DNA of 64,000 bases from Psammoneis japonica (Eukaryota), in NCBI GenBank assembly GCA_008632985.1, contig QPGO01000009.1, positions 620,001 through 684,000 of the forward strand. The letters are read 5' to 3'. Below the pieces are notes generated by a model. It was given only the letters and a program-made list of their open reading frames with translations. It was not told the DNA's origin and did no database searches. The translations under genes were made by a program, and so were the position numbers. Positions 60,524 through 64,000 of this stretch are shown here, piece after piece; positions within the stretch are counted from its first letter, which is position 1, and every line of letters starts with the position of its first letter.

Positions 60524-62065
60524 ATGAAAATTGTTATCAGCATCCTTTCCTACTTTGCCTTTGTTGCCGCCATGAGCGCTGGTGCTGTCGCCGCCAGCCC
60601 TCCTGCCTCGCTTGTCGACACGGCAAAGAGCGGTCTTCGAGCTCTTTCGATTGCCTCGGCAGAGCGTATCGCCGTGATGCACGAAGACTTGTCACGCAAT
60701 GCTTGGAAAATGGCTTTTGCTATGAAGGAACTCAGGGGAAAGTTGGAAAGTTACCACGATGCCCCAAGCAGTGCCAGGACTCCCACGGAAGAAGCTCACG
60801 TCACCCCGAGCTTGGTGCCCTTTTGCCTATCTTTAAAGCATGCCGACAACGACGCTTTTCTACAAGTTCTACAAAAGACTAGGCCCGTGACTGTTAGGCC
60901 AATGGACCGTTCGAAAAGCACTTTCTGTTTCTTTTATGAGAACGATACGGACGAACCAGACTACCTCAAGACCGTGGAGCAAATCCTTCGCAATATTGCT
61001 CCAATCGAGTCCTCCATCGACAACTTTTACTTGCACGCTGACGCCGAGCCAACCTTTTACGACAGGTTTTACAACTGGTGGAAGACGGTCGAAGACGCAT
61101 CGAGTCGCTTGATCACTCAAGTGCAGATTCAGGCTGACTTTTTGAAAGAACATGAGTTCACGCCACTTCGGATCCAAACTTTGTACAACTCCAGTGTCAA
61201 AAGGCACGAGATTGAGTTGAGCTTATATAATTGGGGGAAGAGAGTTGAAGATATCTCGATGCGCTTGATTGCTCGAGTGCAGACTCAGGCTAGTCTTTTG
61301 TTTGAACGCAAGTCTATGCCGCTTCAGATCCCAACTTTGTACAGCTCTAGTGTCGAAAGCGACGGGTTGGAGTTGCGCGTATACAATTGGGGGAAGACAG
61401 TCGAAGACGCCTCGATGCGCTTGTTCACTCGAGTACAGACTCAGGCTCGCCTTTTGCAAGAACACAAGACTATGCCGCTTCTCTTGTTGAAACATCGTGT
61501 CGAAGACTGCCAGTTCGAGCTGTTGAGGCGTTGGTCAATGCGCGTGAAAGGCATGGCGACGCCTTTTGAAACACTTTTGTTGTTCTCGGACAGACACAGT
61601 ATCAAAGAGAGAGTGCAAGACGTGTCTAAATGGATTCAGTCTAGTGCTTTGCCCATGTTCAAGACGAAGCAGCACCTCATTCAGAGTATTGAGAGCAAAC
61701 GTTGGCGAAAGAAAATTCGACGCATGAATTCTCGCATCTCGAAAAGATGTGAGACAAAGTCGTCTATGGGGTCAGGATCGTTTGACATTTACAGTGCGAA
61801 GCTGTGCCAGCGTTGGCAAAAGGGAGTTGAACGATTGCGGGCTCGTGTCTCTAAGCATGTTGAGCCCCGTATCGAGAGTGGCAAGTGCAAACGTTGGCGA
61901 AAGGAAATCCGACGAATTAATTCTCGCATCTCGAAAAGGTGTGAGACAAAGTCGTCTATGGGGGCAGGATCGCTTAACAGCTACAGTGCGAGGTTGTGCC
62001 AGCGTTGGCACAAGGGAACTGAACGATTGCGGGCTCGCATCTCAAAACATTGTGAGACTTCGTAG
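60524..62065 (+). CDS. Hypothetical secreted protein with two sets of internal repeats
   Basis: Signal peptide; YNWxKxVEDxSxRLxxxVQxQA x3 and KRWRKxIRRxNSRISKRCETKSSMG x2. Confidence 0.65.
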   Translation: MKIVISILSYFAFVAAMSAGAVAASPPASLVDTAKSGLRALSIASAERIAVMHEDLSRNAWKMAFAMKELRGKLESYHDAPSSARTPTEEAHVTPSLVPFCLSLKHADNDAFLQVLQKTRPVTVRPMDRSKSTFCFFYENDTDEPDYLKTVEQILRNIAPIESSIDNFYLHADAEPTFYDRFYNWWKTVEDASSRLITQVQIQADFLKEHEFTPLRIQTLYNSSVKRHEIELSLYNWGKRVEDISMRLIARVQTQASLLFERKSMPLQIPTLYSSSVESDGLELRVYNWGKTVEDASMRLFTRVQTQARLLQEHKTMPLLLLKHRVEDCQFELLRRWSMRVKGMATPFETLLLFSDRHSIKERVQDVSKWIQSSALPMFKTKQHLIQSIESKRWRKKIRRMNSRISKRCETKSSMGSGSFDIYSAKLCQRWQKGVERLRARVSKHVEPRIESGKCKRWRKEIRRINSRISKRCETKSSMGAGSLNSYSARLCQRWHKGTERLRARISKHCETS

Positions 62066-62228
62066 AGCGGGGGATGGTGCAAACCGAGACGATCAGCATC
62101 GTGAGGTACTAGAATTCAGATTAGAAAGTCATTATATTAACAAGAGTGTCCTAGTCGTAATTTTCCCATCTTATGATTGTAGAAATCAGGCGTTGTCGGC
62201 TAAAGCAAGTACTAGTATTTCGTTAGTG

Positions 62229-64000
62229 TTAACGATATTGAGCATGCCACCTTTTTTTATACAGAGTGTGCGACTCTCGGATGACTCTCGCAACGGCGCG
62301 TCCTAGATTCAGGGGTACAGCATTGCCAATCTGTGCATTCTTCTGTGTCATGTTTCCTGAAAACTGAAAGTCATCCGGAAATGATTGGATGCGAGCTCGT
62401 TCTCGGAGAGTCAAGCAGCGCTCGTGCCTGTAGTGCTTCGCAGGATTGTTCCTACGGATAGTCGCGACAGGCTGGTCCGAGAGAAGAAGCTGCATGATAC
62501 CACTTTCTTTCAATTCAATCCCCTGTTTGGAGTGGTCCTTAATTCTTTTCCCTTTCAACATGATATGACCATAGTCTGTTGGGTCAATCTCCGCGAGATC
62601 TCCAAGGACGTCCGCGTCTCCGGCACATTGATATGGTTGAAGACCTTCTCCATGGGTTGGCTTTGGAAAATGAGGGAGAGGGACGTCCTTGCGAGAGACA
62701 ACTAGAAAGACGCGTGGCCTATCCTGAGGGTCTCCATAGTCGCTGGCTTTTAGGACCATAACTCGACTCTGATAGCCAAGTATCAACAGATCGCCATGAA
62801 GCTTGTCAAAGTATTCGCGCTTGTTTTTTGAGCTGTTCTTATCTAAAATACCGAGTACGTTTTCAAGCGACCCAGTCAAAGGCTTGAAGAATCGAATCAA
62901 CTCGACAAATTCCTCTACCAATCGATTATTGGCTTTGTCATTCTTCCCATTGCCTGTATTGACTCGGGAAAAGCCATCGCACGGAGGACTCGCATGAATA
63001 TGATCAACCGATTTTGGATAACCCTCTTTAGCGTCAACAGCGTTTCGTCGAAACACTTTTACACACTCCTCGTAGATCTCTGTACCGGGAAAGTTGATTT
63101 TTAGAGCAGAAATAGCATGATCATTATTCTCCACTTTATACAAACTCTGAAAGCCTTCTTGATCAAACGCCAAGGACGAAAGTCCACATCCTGCGAATAC
63201 ATCTAGGCAGCGGGGCTTGCCGTCGTGTGGCTCCGTCATGGGCATTGCCAAATCCTTGTAGCGGTAAGCACACGTAAACCCTGGCACCGATTCTTTGATA
63301 GACTTTTTAGGATCATCAGACTGGGGACCAAAGTAACCCTGTTCGTACACTACCATTGGCTTTCCAGGCCACGCTGGATGTCTGTCTGTGAGAGATTGTA
63401 GAGGAACTCGACCTTGATTCAAGACACCCATGGTGTTTGCCAGGGTGACCTTGTCTGGCTGTAGCAGACCTTGAGATTTCCAGGCTTCCGACACTCGCTT
63501 GGCCTCGGCCTCTCCTATAAATGTCTTATCCAACGACAAGGCAACTTCAACACAAACACCTTCCTTTACGCGTGTCTTATTTTGATGTATAAGCTTGGAT
63601 AGAGTGAAGAAATATCCCGGTTTCTGCTTGCAAGACCACGTCTCTCCACTTTTGTAAAGCCGTCTTTTACAGAACATTTTCGTTGAATCTTCCTTAATCT
63701 TGTGATGACTCGTGTTTTGTGAATCTGAGAGGAACACTCGAATGCTCGGTTGTTTCTGTTTAGAGACCTGTTGTTGCTTCGTTTCCTTCGTGTCTTCCCG
63801 CTTGGCACGTTTAGCGGCCCTTTCAGGATCATCGGCATCGGCTTTAGATTCCTCAAATTTATCTAGGACCTCCAAGTAAGCATCATCATTATCGTCATCG
63901 AGAAGTTGAGCAGCTTCGATTTCTTGCCAATCAAACTCAACCTGAGAGAGCTGTTTCTGGCATTGATCGCTCAAAGTTTCGCTTTCGGTACTGCTCTCCT
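62229..64000 (-). CDS. DNA (cytosine-5)-methyltransferase, RID/Masc1 (DNMT4)-like; 5' end runs off the window
   Basis: Motif I LDVFAGCG, IV VDHIHASPPCDGFS, VI LENV, VIII YGDPQDRPRVF, IX-X LTLRERARIQSFPDDF...QIGNAVP. No upstream stop before the window end. The C5-MTase call is secure; the subfamily call is less so. Confidence 0.85.
   Translation of the reverse strand, partial: ESSTESETLSDQCQKQLSQVEFDWQEIEAAQLLDDDNDDAYLEVLDKFEESKADADDPERAAKRAKREDTKETKQQQVSKQKQPSIRVFLSDSQNTSHHKIKEDSTKMFCKRRLYKSGETWSCKQKPGYFFTLSKLIHQNKTRVKEGVCVEVALSLDKTFIGEAEAKRVSEAWKSQGLLQPDKVTLANTMGVLNQGRVPLQSLTDRHPAWPGKPMVVYEQGYFGPQSDDPKKSIKESVPGFTCAYRYKDLAMPMTEPHDGKPRCLDVFAGCGLSSLAFDQEGFQSLYKVENNDHAISALKINFPGTEIYEECVKVFRRNAVDAKEGYPKSVDHIHASPPCDGFSRVNTGNGKNDKANNRLVEEFVELIRFFKPLTGSLENVLGILDKNSSKNKREYFDKLHGDLLILGYQSRVMVLKASDYGDPQDRPRVFLVVSRKDVPLPHFPKPTHGEGLQPYQCAGDADVLGDLAEIDPTDYGHIMLKGKRIKDHSKQGIELKESGIMQLLLSDQPVATIRRNNPAKHYRHERCLTLRERARIQSFPDDFQFSGNMTQKNAQIGNAVPLNLGRAVARVIRESHTLYKKRWHAQYR

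Noticed and set aside
62229..64000. Bacterial restriction-modification system or contamination
   Set aside because: It has a long eukaryote-like N-terminal extension, no adjacent endonuclease is visible, and it is contiguous with diatom-type genes.

Overview
Eukaryotic genomic DNA, most likely a pennate diatom. This is inferred from short GT-AG introns, 'AFAP/AFVP'-type bipartite plastid presequences, a diatom-type zeaxanthin epoxidase, frustulin-like Cys domains and diatom-type Copia/Gypsy elements. Gene-dense segments encode a GtrA-like protein, PinX1, a 37-aa-repeat RAP protein, ZEP, nucleolin, three tandem vanadium-haloperoxidase-like genes, a PPPDE peptidase, a VOC protein, a CHI-fold protein, a THUMP methyltransferase, a START protein and a RID/Masc1(DNMT4)-like C5 methyltransferase. 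These alternate with blocks of nested transposons at about 21.8-39.6, 41.6-45.5 and 52.7-55.4 kb. The most striking signal is a repeat-restricted, strand-symmetric hypermutation converting TpA to TpG or CpA, the reverse of fungal RIP (CpA to TpA). It can be read and polarised from four sets of internal homologous copies. It turns Tyr into Cys/His, including in the RT YxDD motif, and runs ahead of CpG decay. It also hits a host gene with internal tandem repeats. Several ordinary genes carry isolated 1-bp frameshifts that look like uncorrected long-read errors. All counts and alignments were done by eye and no database searches were run.
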